DNA of 49,619 nucleotides from assembly GCA_938003595.1 (NCBI GenBank), contig CALKYH010000117.1, positions 1 through 49,619 of the forward strand, in the 5' to 3' direction. The position numbers and the translations under genes were made by a program. Shown here in pieces: positions 16,599 to 25,101 of this stretch. Within the stretch, counting starts at the first letter, position 1. Each line of letters opens with the position of its first letter. The notes below the pieces were generated by a model. That model was given only the letters and a program-made list of their open reading frames with translations, searched no databases and was not told where the DNA came from. Origin of the DNA: an uncultured bacterium. Its GTDB lineage: Bacteria > Planctomycetota > Phycisphaerae > Phycisphaerales > UBA1924.

Positions 16599-17783
16599 AT
16601 GACCGTCAGCCAGTGGCGCCGATCCTCGAATCCGACGAGCGAGACCTGCGATGTCGTCGTCGTCGGCGCGGGGATCGCCGGCGTCTCCGCGGCGCTGGAC
16701 CTCGAGCGACGCGGGCTGGAGGTCGTCGTCCTCGAGCGCGACCAGCCCGCCGCTGGGGCCTCCGGGCGCAACGCCGGGTTCCTGATGCGCGGCTGCGCCG
16801 AGAACTACGAGATCGCCGGCCGCGAATACGGGCGCGACCGCGCGAAGGCGCTGTGGAAGCTCACGGAAGACAACCTGGCGGGCCTTCGCGCCGAAGGGAT
16901 CGACCGGCTGGCTTCGGTCCGGCGCGTGCCCTCGTGCCTGCTGGCGCTGGAGGAGGCCGAGCGCGAGGAACTCCGCCGCTCCGCCGCGATGATGCGCGAG
17001 GACGGCTTCGCCGTGGAATGGCTCGAGGGCCCCGGCGCCGGCCCGGACGACGCCATCTGGCGACCCCGCGACGGCAAGCCCCGGGCGCTCGCGGCGCTGG
17101 TGAACCCGGACGACGGCGCCTGCAACCCGCTCGATGTTCTGGGCCTGCTGCTCCGGAAGATGCGCGCCCCGGTCCGCCAGCGGGCGGAGGTCGTCGGCAT
17201 CGACGACGGGCCGGGCGGCCACTCCGTCATCGTGCGGACGGCCGAGGGCATGATCCAGGCGGGGCACGCGCTGGTGTGCGCGAACGCGTATGTCGGGCTG
17301 CTGCTGCCGCGGATCGCGAGGCTTGCTGCGCCCAAGCGGGCGCAGATGCTCGCGGCGCGGTTCCGGCCGGACGCGGGCGTGCGCCTGCTCATGTCGTACT
17401 ACGCGAACCATGGCTACGAGTATTTCCGTCAGACCAACGACGGCACGGTGGTGGTCGGCGGCTGGCGGAAGGCGCACGCGGACGAGGAGGTCGGCTACGA
17501 GGACCGCACCACCGCCCCGGTGCAGGAGGGGCTCGAAGGATTCGCGAAGCGCCTGCTCGGCGACGCGTTCGAGATCACGGCGCGCTGGAGCGGCGTCATG
17601 GGCTTCTCGCCCGATCATCTGCCTGTGGTAGGGGCGGTGGAGGGCTTCGCCTCCCGGCGAGTCTGGTTCTGCGGCGGGTTCACGGGGCACGGCATGTCCA
17701 TGGGCTACCGCACGGCGCAGATCGCCACGGCGGCGATGCTCGAGGGCGCGCCGAACATGTTCGATCTCCAGCGGCTGGGTTGA
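16599..17783 (+). CDS. FAD-dependent oxidoreductase (DAO/glycine-D-amino-acid oxidase family)
   Basis: Dinucleotide-binding fingerprint CDVVVVGAGIAGVSAALDLERRGLEVVVLE followed by ASGRNAGF. C-terminal GGFTGHGMSMG. I start it at ATG 16599 (MTVSQW...), in frame with the track ORF. Confidence 0.85.
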   Translation: MTVSQWRRSSNPTSETCDVVVVGAGIAGVSAALDLERRGLEVVVLERDQPAAGASGRNAGFLMRGCAENYEIAGREYGRDRAKALWKLTEDNLAGLRAEGIDRLASVRRVPSCLLALEEAEREELRRSAAMMREDGFAVEWLEGPGAGPDDAIWRPRDGKPRALAALVNPDDGACNPLDVLGLLLRKMRAPVRQRAEVVGIDDGPGGHSVIVRTAEGMIQAGHALVCANAYVGLLLPRIARLAAPKRAQMLAARFRPDAGVRLLMSYYANHGYEYFRQTNDGTVVVGGWRKAHADEEVGYEDRTTAPVQEGLEGFAKRLLGDAFEITARWSGVMGFSPDHLPVVGAVEGFASRRVWFCGGFTGHGMSMGYRTAQIATAAMLEGAPNMFDLQRLG

Positions 17784-17805
17784 GTGCGTGCGCGACGCGG
17801 AAACG

Positions 17806-17833
17806 AACAGCCCCGCGGCGGGGCGGGGCTGTT
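17806..17833. terminator. GC-rich hairpin between convergent genes (candidate bidirectional terminator)
   Basis: AACAGCCCCGC-GGCGG(G)-GCGGGGCTGTT forms a 10-11 bp stem between the oxidoreductase stop (17783) and the PEP-CTERM protein stop (17861). Flanked by AAA on one side and TT on the other. Confidence 0.5.
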
Positions 17834-17860
17834 GCGTACGAAATCGGGATGTCGGGTCGA

Positions 17861-19375
17861 TCAGCGACGGCGACGCAGGCCGGCGAGGCCCGCGAGGCCG
17901 ATCAGCGCCGCGCCGCCGGGGGCGGGGACGCTGGCGGGGTTGAAGATGGCGACGAGCTGGCCGCCTTCGACGAGCTCGGCGTCGCCGAGGCCGTAGTGGG
18001 CCTGGACATTGGCCAGGAACCAGCCGCGCCCGAGGATGGCGGAGGCGTCGATGATGCCGGAGGCCTCCTCGTTGTTGGTGAAGGGCGCGGTGGCGGCGGT
18101 CCCGAGGTCGCCGAAGCGGGCGATGTCGTGCTGGGCGAGCTCGGTGAGGGAGTCGGTGGCGACGCTGTAGGACCAGATGCGGGCGCTGTAGTCGGAGCCG
18201 CCCGGATCCTCCTGGATGAGGATGTTGCCGAAGCGGTCCATGGTCATGTTGTCCATCATCTGGGGGGCGCCGGCCTCGGTGCCGTCGATGAGGGTCTCGA
18301 TCACGCCGCCGGAGGTGGGGTTGGTGATGTCGAGGGTGAGGCGGTAGAGGCGGCTGTTGCCCTCCTGCGCGCCGGTCCCGGTCTGGATGGTGTCGAAGCG
18401 GTCAGTGGTGACGAAGTAGAACTCGTTGGGGCTGACCGGGTTCCACACGCCGTCCTCGGGGCGGAGGAACTTGGTGACGCCGGCCGCCGTGCTCTGGTTC
18501 TGCAGCTCGGCGCCGCTGGTGGAGCGGACATCGCCGAAGCTGTGCAGGGAGAAGTTGTTCGTCCCGCCGACGCCGGAGGTCCGGTCCTCGGAGGCCACGC
18601 CATCGACCTTCACGCCGTAGAGGTTGCCGTTGGTCAGGCCGGCGCGCTCGACGGCGTTGCCGGTGGACTGCTTGTCGCCGACATAGACATACAGCTCGCC
18701 GGGCGAGGAGTCGTCGAGGCCGACGACGATGGTCTTGTCCTGCGCGTAGGGGTTGGCGACGGAGTTCTCCCAGGAGAACTTGCCCAGCGCCGCGAGTTCG
18801 AAGGCCTTGCCGGCGCCGCGCCCGTTGAGGACGGTGGCGAAGGCGCGCCCCTCGGCGCCGGCCTCCTCGCCGTTCATGTAGATCTTCTGCTTCGTGCCCA
18901 GGCCGCTGTCCTTGTTGAAGAAGGCGCCGACGGAGGGCAGGTCGGCGGAGCAGAAGCGGTTGAACTGGGTGGTGGTGTTGTAGAACGAGTCCGTGGCGGT
19001 GTCCCACAGGGCGACGCGCCGGATCATGTCCTCGCCCTGGACGACCTCGAGAGTGTCGCGGTCGATGATCCACTTGGAGACGAAGGCGCCGGTGGAGCCG
19101 TGACGGCGCTCGACGCCGCTGGTCGCGCCCAGCTCGTGGTTCACGAACAGCGAGAAGCGGGAGCGGTTGCGGTTGATGTAGGCGCCCATGCCGTCGGGGA
19201 TGCCGACCATGCGGTAGCCGTCGACCGAGTCGCCGACGGTGAGGATGGACACGATCTCGGCGCCGGGGGCGACGGGCGTGAGGTACGGGGTGGCCGAGCT
19301 GCTGGGCCCGGTGGCCGCGAGGGCCTGACCAGCGCTCAGCGCGAGCGCAACGATAGCGAGAGACGCATTCGACAT
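17861..19375 (-). CDS. Secreted PhoX/DUF839-like beta-propeller protein with PEP-CTERM anchor
   Basis: Start at ATG 19375 with GGAGGAG 8 nt upstream; signal MSNASLAIVALALSAGQALA; 504 aa. PhoX/DUF839-like motifs from memory: GIPDGMGAY, RPEDGVWNP, DNMTMDRFGNILIQEDPGG, EEASGIIDAS...FLANVQAH. The exact C-terminus is VPAPGGAALIGLAGLAGLRRRR-stop. Confidence 0.8.
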   Translation of the reverse strand: MSNASLAIVALALSAGQALAATGPSSSATPYLTPVAPGAEIVSILTVGDSVDGYRMVGIPDGMGAYINRNRSRFSLFVNHELGATSGVERRHGSTGAFVSKWIIDRDTLEVVQGEDMIRRVALWDTATDSFYNTTTQFNRFCSADLPSVGAFFNKDSGLGTKQKIYMNGEEAGAEGRAFATVLNGRGAGKAFELAALGKFSWENSVANPYAQDKTIVVGLDDSSPGELYVYVGDKQSTGNAVERAGLTNGNLYGVKVDGVASEDRTSGVGGTNNFSLHSFGDVRSTSGAELQNQSTAAGVTKFLRPEDGVWNPVSPNEFYFVTTDRFDTIQTGTGAQEGNSRLYRLTLDITNPTSGGVIETLIDGTEAGAPQMMDNMTMDRFGNILIQEDPGGSDYSARIWSYSVATDSLTELAQHDIARFGDLGTAATAPFTNNEEASGIIDASAILGRGWFLANVQAHYGLGDAELVEGGQLVAIFNPASVPAPGGAALIGLAGLAGLRRRR

Positions 19376-19516
19376 CTGGGGACTCCTCCGTAGTTCGAGA
19401 CTCCGCGGGCGCTGGGCGCGGCCCGCGTCAACCGCCGGTCCAACACGGACGCGGCGCCCTCTTCCCTGGGCGAGCGGCATTAGACCGACCCCGCTTGAAG
19501 GCCGGGCAAGGGACCG

Positions 19517-20389
19517 GTGAAGATCACGCGAACATTGCGCTCAGGCGCGAACCGACCTACAGTGTTCCCCTTGCCCGGCGAACTGGTCATCGCGTTCTTC
19601 GGCGACATCGTCGGCTCGCCCGGCCGACGCGCCTTTGCGCACGGGGCGGCGCTCGTCCGCGAGAAGCACGGCGCGCAGGTGATCATCGCCAACGCCGAGA
19701 ACGCCAAGCACGGCTCGGGCCTGAGCCACGAGGGCTACAGCGCCATCCGGCGCGCCGGCGCCGACGCCATGACCCTGGGCGACCATGTCTACCGCGAGCG
19801 CGAGGCCATCCCGCTGCTGGAGAACCCGGAAATCCCCGTGTCGCGTCCGGCGAATCTCGCGGTCGGCGCCCCCGGCAAGCGCATCGCGCGAGTCGAGACG
19901 GCGCCGGGCCTGCCGCCGGTCTACGCGCTCATCGTGCTGGGCCGGCTGCACATGCCCATGCCCGCGGACGATCCCTTCGCCGCGATCGACCGCGAGCTCG
20001 CGGCGATCCCGGAGAAGGACGCCGTCGTGCTGGTGGAGATCCACGCCGAGTTCACCAGCGAGAAACAGGCCGTCGCCTGGCACTGCGCCCGCAACTGGGG
20101 CGGGCGCGTCGCGGCGGTGGTCGGCACCCACACCCACACGCAGACGGCGGACGCCCGCATCCTCGAGCACACCGTCGGCGCCATCACCGACGCCGGCATG
20201 TGCGGGCCGCGGCGCAGCATCCTCGGCCGGCGCGTGGACGATGTCCTGCGCATGATGACCACGCAGGCGCCGACCGTGCTGGATGTCGCGGATGAAGACC
20301 CCCGGGCCTGCGGCGTGATCGTGCGCTACGACCTCAACAGCCGGCGCACCAAGGGCATCGAGGCGTTCGACCTCGCGGCCCCGTCCTGA
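19517..20389 (+). CDS. ymdB: YmdB-family metallophosphoesterase (2',3'-cyclic-nucleotide phosphodiesterase-like, TIGR00282 type)
   Basis: IAFFGDIVGSPGRRA...VIIANAENAKHGSGL...AMTLGDHVYRE...SRPANL..GAPGKR...EIHAEFTSEKQA...GTHTHTQTADARIL. The conserved domain begins about 25 codons after the GTG at 19517, so the true start is uncertain. Confidence 0.85.
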   Translation: MKITRTLRSGANRPTVFPLPGELVIAFFGDIVGSPGRRAFAHGAALVREKHGAQVIIANAENAKHGSGLSHEGYSAIRRAGADAMTLGDHVYREREAIPLLENPEIPVSRPANLAVGAPGKRIARVETAPGLPPVYALIVLGRLHMPMPADDPFAAIDRELAAIPEKDAVVLVEIHAEFTSEKQAVAWHCARNWGGRVAAVVGTHTHTQTADARILEHTVGAITDAGMCGPRRSILGRRVDDVLRMMTTQAPTVLDVADEDPRACGVIVRYDLNSRRTKGIEAFDLAAPS

Positions 20390-20395
20390 CAGCCC

Positions 20396-20623
20396 TTAGC
20401 CGGCGCGACGGATTCGATTCGCCAGGGCCCCGAGGCGGTCCACCGGGGCGCCGTCCCGTGCGGGCGGCTTCGCGCCGGCGAAGTTCGGCGACATGAACGG
20501 CAGCGGGGGGGCGTCGGCGGACCAGAGGTCCTCGTGCGCCTCGGGCTCCGAGGGGTTGTCGAAGGACGAGCGGGCGAAGAGGTCGTCGTGGGAGGCCGCG
20601 TGGAAGTCGGTGTCGCCGCTCAT
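20396..20623 (-). CDS. Hypothetical small acidic protein (75 aa)
   Basis: This is the last 76 codons of a 514-codon track ORF, from ATG 20623 (MSGDTDFHAASHDDLFARSSFDNPSEPEAHEDLW...). Third codon positions are strongly GC-rich like real genes here. I recognise no motif. The upstream remainder of that ORF is antisense to the DegT gene and is rejected. Confidence 0.35.
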   Translation of the reverse strand: MSGDTDFHAASHDDLFARSSFDNPSEPEAHEDLWSADAPPLPFMSPNFAGAKPPARDGAPVDRLGALANRIRRAG

Positions 20624-20821
20624 GAGCGAGTTGATCGGCGCGATGCGCGCGCGACTTTGCTCATGCGCTCGCGGCGCGCGCAGAATCGCGCGCTTTTTCG
20701 GTCCGCGCGCGCCCGAGGACGCGCGGTCGGGCTCCCTCGCCGGCGCGGGCGGGTCGGCTACCATCCCGACGGAAACCCCACGCCCGCCGCGATTCCCGCG
20801 GCCAAACCGGACTCCGAACGC

Positions 20822-22015
20822 ATGCCGACCGCCGCTCCATCGTCCAGCCCCGCCGCCGCCGACCGCACCAAGGGCCTCGCCGTCCACGGCGGGACGCCGG
20901 TGCGGAAGTCGCCCGTCCCGCTGATCTCCGCAGGGCTCGCCCCCGAGGACATCGAGGCGGCCACCGCCGTCCTCAAGAGCGGCATGCTCCGCCAGGGCGC
21001 CCGCTGCGCCGAGCTGGAAAAGGCCTTCGGCGCCCTGACCGACGCCAAGCACGCCCTGACCTGCGCCAACGGCACCTGCGCCCTGCAGCTGGCCTACGAG
21101 CCCCTGGTCCGGCCCGGGGACGATGTCCTGGTCCCGGCGTGGACCTACATCGCCACCGCCAGCATGATCGTGGCCCGGGGCGCCCGGCCGGTGTTCGTCG
21201 AGTCCGACCCGGACACCATGTGCATCGATGTCGCCGACGCCGAGCGCCGGATCACCCCCAGGACCACAGCTATCGCGGCCACCCACCTCTACGGCAACCC
21301 CGTCAACATCGACGGCGTGCAGGCCCTGGCGGCCAAGAAGGGGCTGAAGGTCGTCTACGACGCCGCCCAGGCCCATCTGGCGACCTACCGGGGCAAGGGC
21401 CTGGGGGCCTACGGCGACGCCGTGACCTACTCGTTCTACGCCACCAAGAACATCTCCACCGGCGAGGGGGGCATGGTGACCGTCAACGACGACGACCTGG
21501 CCCACAAGATCGCGATGCTGCGGTCGCACGGCGAGTCGGGCAAGTACCTCCACGACAGCGTGGGCTACAACTACCGCATGACCGATGTCGAGGGCGCCAT
21601 CGGCTTCAGCCAGCTCGGCCGGGCCCCGACCCTCACCGCCCGCCGGCGGGAGAACGCCCAGAAGCTCGACGCGATCATCGCCGGGATCGACGGTCTCAAG
21701 GCGCCGAAGGTCACCCCCGGCGCCGAGCACGCGTACCACCTGTACACCGTGCGGATGGATGCGGACCGCTTCGCCTGCTCGCGCGACGAGTTCATCGCGG
21801 CGCTGCAGGCCGAGGGCGTCCAGTGCGCCGTCCACTACCCCCGCTCGCTCACGCGCCAGCCCGCGTTCAAGGACTTCGTGACGGGGCACCTGCCCGGCGC
21901 GGACAAGCTCGCGGCGACGGTGTTCTGCATCCCGGTGCACCCGGCGCTGACCGAGCGCGACATCGCCGACACCGGCGAGGCGCTCGCGAAGGTCGCGGAC
22001 GCCTACCGGCGCTGA
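20822..22015 (+). CDS. DegT/DnrJ/EryC1/StrS-family PLP-dependent sugar aminotransferase
   Basis: From ATG 20822 (MPTAAPSS...). Family-typical stretches: VLKSGMLRQGARCAELEKAF, ALTCANGTCALQLA, PAWTYIATASMI, VYDAAQAH, FYATKNISTGEGGMV (PLP-Lys context), MLRSHGE, GYNYRMTDVEGAIG. Confidence 0.9.
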   Translation: MPTAAPSSSPAAADRTKGLAVHGGTPVRKSPVPLISAGLAPEDIEAATAVLKSGMLRQGARCAELEKAFGALTDAKHALTCANGTCALQLAYEPLVRPGDDVLVPAWTYIATASMIVARGARPVFVESDPDTMCIDVADAERRITPRTTAIAATHLYGNPVNIDGVQALAAKKGLKVVYDAAQAHLATYRGKGLGAYGDAVTYSFYATKNISTGEGGMVTVNDDDLAHKIAMLRSHGESGKYLHDSVGYNYRMTDVEGAIGFSQLGRAPTLTARRRENAQKLDAIIAGIDGLKAPKVTPGAEHAYHLYTVRMDADRFACSRDEFIAALQAEGVQCAVHYPRSLTRQPAFKDFVTGHLPGADKLAATVFCIPVHPALTERDIADTGEALAKVADAYRR

Positions 22016-22027
22016 ACGAGACGCGGT

Positions 22028-22582
22028 TCAGAAAATCATGCCGGTCACGCGGCCGCCGAAGACGACCTTGTTGCGGACCATGCCCTGCACATCCGCGACA
22101 AAGCGGCGGCTGCTGAACTTCACTTCCTGGCTGAGCAGGATGAGGTCATCGCCCGGGACGACCTGGTCCCGGAACGAGAAATCCTCGATGCGGACGAAGC
22201 CCGCGAACTTGCGGTGGTCCATCCGCGAGAAGTAGAGGAACGAGGCCAGCTGCGCGCCGGACTCGATCATCAGGACGCCGGGCATCAGGGGCCGGCCGGG
22301 GATGTGCCCCTCGCACCAGAACTCGTCGGGCCGGACATGGCGCACCGCCACGCCCTGCGTGAAGTCCGGGCTGTGCCAGGCCACGGCGTCGATCTGCAGC
22401 ATGATCCCCCGGTGGGGGATGTAGCTCTCCATGCCCTTGCGCGAAACAACCACCGCCCCGAGGTCGATGCCGGAGACATCGAACAGCGGGGTGTTCCGGG
22501 GGCCGCTGGAGCGATCGGCGGTCTCGCTCGCGCCCCGAGCCCGCGGCGGCTGCTCGGTCACGGAGGGCTGCGCCGGGGTCAC
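22028..22582 (-). CDS. fabZ: FabZ-like 3-hydroxyacyl-ACP dehydratase (hotdog fold) with N-terminal extension
   Basis: IPHRGIMLQIDAV (compare LPHRYPFLLVD), EGHIPGRPLMPGVLMIESGAQ (catalytic His and Glu contexts), then a hotdog C-terminal half. The GTG start at 22582 overlaps the upstream stop as GTGA. The true start could be further downstream. Confidence 0.75.
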   Translation of the reverse strand: MTPAQPSVTEQPPRARGASETADRSSGPRNTPLFDVSGIDLGAVVVSRKGMESYIPHRGIMLQIDAVAWHSPDFTQGVAVRHVRPDEFWCEGHIPGRPLMPGVLMIESGAQLASFLYFSRMDHRKFAGFVRIEDFSFRDQVVPGDDLILLSQEVKFSSRRFVADVQGMVRNKVVFGGRVTGMIF

Positions 22583-22755
22583 TTGTCGTCGGTGCGGAGT
22601 TCGAGAACCTTCTGACGCACCGTCTGGGCGGCGTTCTTCAGGTCCTGCATGGATTTGCGAACGCGGGTGCCGGCGGCCTTGTTGCCGCCCTCGGCCTTGC
22701 GGACATCCTCCTCCGCCTCCGCGATGATCCGCTTCAGAGCCTCGAAATCCTCCAT
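22579..22755 (-). CDS. Hc1-type histone H1-like DNA-binding protein, short form (58 aa)
   Basis: MEDFEALKRIIAEAEEDVRKAEGGNKAAGTRVRKSMQDLKNAAQTVRQKVLELRTDDK. The core KAE.GNKAAG.RVRK matches my memory of the chlamydial Hc1 N-terminal domain (LLKAEKGNKAAAQRVR). GGAGG lies 7 nt upstream of the ATG. It lacks the Lys/Ala-rich tail. Confidence 0.75.
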   Translation of the reverse strand: MEDFEALKRIIAEAEEDVRKAEGGNKAAGTRVRKSMQDLKNAAQTVRQKVLELRTDDK

Positions 22756-22978
22756 GCTGCGCCTCCGTTGGGTGGGAGTCTGGGGGCCCGCCGCTGCGGG
22801 CTGACCCCGTATCGTTGACGCTCCGGGCCGATTTCGCAAGCCGGGGGCCCCCGAAATGGCCATTCCATGGCGTCTGAGGGGCCTTGGTGGCGTCCGGACG
22901 ATGGTCTCGGAGGTGCCCTCAGGCCACAGAAACGCGGTTATTGGTCCAAAATCGGCGATAGCCGCAAAGGGATCGCAG

Positions 22979-23003
22979 AAAAAGGGGCCGCGAGACCGCG
23001 GTC
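22979..23003 (-). terminator. Weak rho-independent terminator after the GGDEF gene
   Basis: The minus-strand RNA reads CCGCG-GUCU-CGCGG (5-bp GC stem, possibly extended), then CCCC-UUUUU. It lies about 40 nt after the GGDEF stop codon (23042). Confidence 0.35.
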
Positions 23004-23041
23004 GCTTACCCCGGACTGGGCACCGGGCCCGATGGCCGCAA

Positions 23042-24427
23042 TCAACAGTCGCAGCCGTCGTGGCGATCATCCACGCGCTGGGGCGTCACGACCCCGCCGG
23101 GGCCCTGGGCGCCGGGGCCGAAGAGGATCATGTTCTTCCCGTGGTTCTTCGACTCCATCGCCAGGCCATCGGCGCGGCAGATGAGCGACTCGGGCGTCTG
23201 TGCATCCCAGGGGAAGGTCGCGAGCCCGCCGGAGACGGAGAGGATGCCGGGCGCATCGGAGCCGAGCTTGGGGAAGCGCCGGTTCTGCACCTGGCGCTGG
23301 AAGCGGGCCGCGAGCGCGGAGATGGACTGCGGGTGTCGGCTCGAAGGGTCGCGCGGGCCGTCGGGCTCGTAGAACACCACGGCGAACTCGTCGCCGCCGA
23401 TGCGGCACACGCGGTCGCACGGGCGCACCACCGAGCGGAGCAGCTTGGAGACCTCGCGCAGGATGTCGTCTCCCGCGGCGTGGCCGTAGGAGTCGTTGAA
23501 CTGCTTGAAGTTGTCGATGTCGAAGACCAGCAGCGAAAGCTCGTGCCGGCGCTCGCGCGCGTGCTGGAGCATCTGGGGCAGGAAGCGGTCGAAGTAGCGC
23601 CGGTTCCACACGCCGGTCAGCGCGTCGGTGAAGGCCGCCTGGCGGAGCTGGCTCTGCTGCTCGCGCAGGGCCAGCCAGCAGGCGAGCCACTCGGCGCAGC
23701 GCGACAGCGCGGGGAGGGAGGCTTCCTTTGCGGTGATCCAGCCCAGCGTGCGCCCGCGGTGGATGACCGGCTGGGTCGCCAGGCCCCGGCGCGGCGCCGG
23801 CGCAGCCGTCTCGGGGGTGAAGGTCGCGTCGGGGTCGGCCAGACGACGGCGCATCTCGTGGACGCAGGCGCCGACGATCTCGGCGCCGCTGAGCGCGGCC
23901 CGGAGGATCGGCAGGTCCGGCTCGCACTCGCCCGTGCCGTAGGCGCCGATGAACGGAGCGCTCTGACGGATCGGCTCGCTCGGCGCGCGGGGCCCGGCGC
24001 TCGGCGTCGCCCTGGGCTGCGGCGCTGCGGGCGCTTTCGCGCCGCTGCTCGCCAGTCGCCGGAGTTCGGAGGCCTCCAGCCACGCGGGGGCGACGGCGTC
24101 GTAGAGCGCGTCGGTCGCGTCGTGCTCGGCGCCGCCGCTGGTGGCCTGCAGGGCGACGAGGAACGCGCCGGGGTCCACGCGGCGGAGCGCGGCGACAAAC
24201 TCGCGCTCCTCGCTGGCGGGCACGGCGCCGCGCGGCGTGAGGACCGCGGTGCGCCGGGGCGACTCGTCGTCGATCGGATTCGCCAGCTCGCCGATGGCGT
24301 CCAGCGGTTCGCGGGCGCGGATGAGCTCGATGGACGCGTCCTTGCGCAGGCGCGACTCCACGGCGCCGCGGCCGACGACGATCACACGCAGGTCAGGAGC
24401 GGGCGCGGTCACGGTGTGGCCGGTCAC
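23042..24427 (-). CDS. Diguanylate cyclase (GGDEF) with N-terminal receiver-like and uncharacterised sensor regions
   Basis: C-terminal GGDEF domain: DALTGVWNRRYFDRFL...LLVFDIDNFKQFNDSYGHAAGDDILREV...RPCDRVCRIGGDEFAVVF. Both the GGDEF motif and the RxxD I-site five residues upstream are intact. The GTG start at 24427 overlaps the upstream stop (GTGA). The N-terminus LRVIVVGRG...AVLTPRG...AFLVAL is receiver-like without clear phospho-acceptor motifs. Confidence 0.85.
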   Translation of the reverse strand: MTGHTVTAPAPDLRVIVVGRGAVESRLRKDASIELIRAREPLDAIGELANPIDDESPRRTAVLTPRGAVPASEEREFVAALRRVDPGAFLVALQATSGGAEHDATDALYDAVAPAWLEASELRRLASSGAKAPAAPQPRATPSAGPRAPSEPIRQSAPFIGAYGTGECEPDLPILRAALSGAEIVGACVHEMRRRLADPDATFTPETAAPAPRRGLATQPVIHRGRTLGWITAKEASLPALSRCAEWLACWLALREQQSQLRQAAFTDALTGVWNRRYFDRFLPQMLQHARERRHELSLLVFDIDNFKQFNDSYGHAAGDDILREVSKLLRSVVRPCDRVCRIGGDEFAVVFYEPDGPRDPSSRHPQSISALAARFQRQVQNRRFPKLGSDAPGILSVSGGLATFPWDAQTPESLICRADGLAMESKNHGKNMILFGPGAQGPGGVVTPQRVDDRHDGCDC

Positions 24428-25074
24428 GGCTGGTCTCCTCGCGGGCGGCGCAGCGGCTTGGGCGGCGACGGGTCGTCGTCGGACCAGTCGGTCAGCAGCA
24501 TGCCCAGCTCCTCGTCGGACAGCAGCGAGGCGACCTCGCTGTCGTCGTCGGACCGGGGGCCGGGGATGGGCGCGGGGTTCGGCGGAAGATTGCCCAGCGA
24601 GTCGAAATCGCCCGTCAGGCGCAGGGCCGGCGCCGCGTGGCGCTTGGGCTGCGGGCGTACGACGACCTGCGGCGTGGCCTCGGGGATGGGCTTGGGCTCG
24701 GGCATGGCCTGGAGGCGCGGCGTGGTGTCGGACTCGTACTTCCAGACCGGCGCCGCCGGGGCGAAACGGGCGATCGAGGCGCGCAGCCGATCCAGCCCGG
24801 CGATGCGTTCGGGCTCGAGGATGATGAGCGCCGGGGGCTCTTCGGCGGGGTCGCCGCAGAGCGCCGCCATGGCGGCGAACACCGAGTGGGCGACCTCGAA
24901 CTGGACCTTGCGGTTCTGGAGGGAGCGCAGCAGATCCTCGGGCGGCGCGGCTCTCCCGGGGTCGAGGAGAATGACCGCCCGCAGCGTCTCCGGGGACCGA
25001 ACGCTCTGCGTTTGGGGGGGCATCTCCCAGAAGTCTACATTTCGTGACCGGTAGGGCACGCTGATCTCCCTCAT
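24424..25074 (-). CDS. Hypothetical protein (216 aa): receiver-like N-terminal third, Pro-rich linker, acidic C-terminus
   Basis: ATG 25074 preceded by GGAG/GAGGAG. GC3-rich throughout. AVILLDPG...VQFEVAHSVFAAMAAL...ALIILEPE...LRASIARFAPAAPVWKY alternates beta/alpha-like segments. Then PEPKPIPEATPQVVVRPQPK, then DDDSEVASLLSDEELGMLLTDWSDDDPSPP. I recognise no family. Confidence 0.65.
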   Translation of the reverse strand: MREISVPYRSRNVDFWEMPPQTQSVRSPETLRAVILLDPGRAAPPEDLLRSLQNRKVQFEVAHSVFAAMAALCGDPAEEPPALIILEPERIAGLDRLRASIARFAPAAPVWKYESDTTPRLQAMPEPKPIPEATPQVVVRPQPKRHAAPALRLTGDFDSLGNLPPNPAPIPGPRSDDDSEVASLLSDEELGMLLTDWSDDDPSPPKPLRRPRGDQP

Positions 25075-25101
25075 TTCTCCTCGCTCCGAGTTCAGGTTCG
25101 G

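Noticed and set aside
20624-21940. Remainder of the 514-codon minus-strand ORF overlapping the DegT gene
   Set aside because: It is antisense to a gene with clear DegT/PLP motifs and its translation is Gly/Arg/Val/Asp-rich noise. Only the last 76 codons, which lie in an otherwise empty gap, were kept, at low confidence.
22990-23003. GACCGCGGTC 10-nt perfect palindrome as a possible operator or restriction-type site
   Set aside because: It is a single copy and lies 40 nt after a stop codon. It is followed on the coding strand by a T-run, so it is better explained as part of a weak terminator hairpin.
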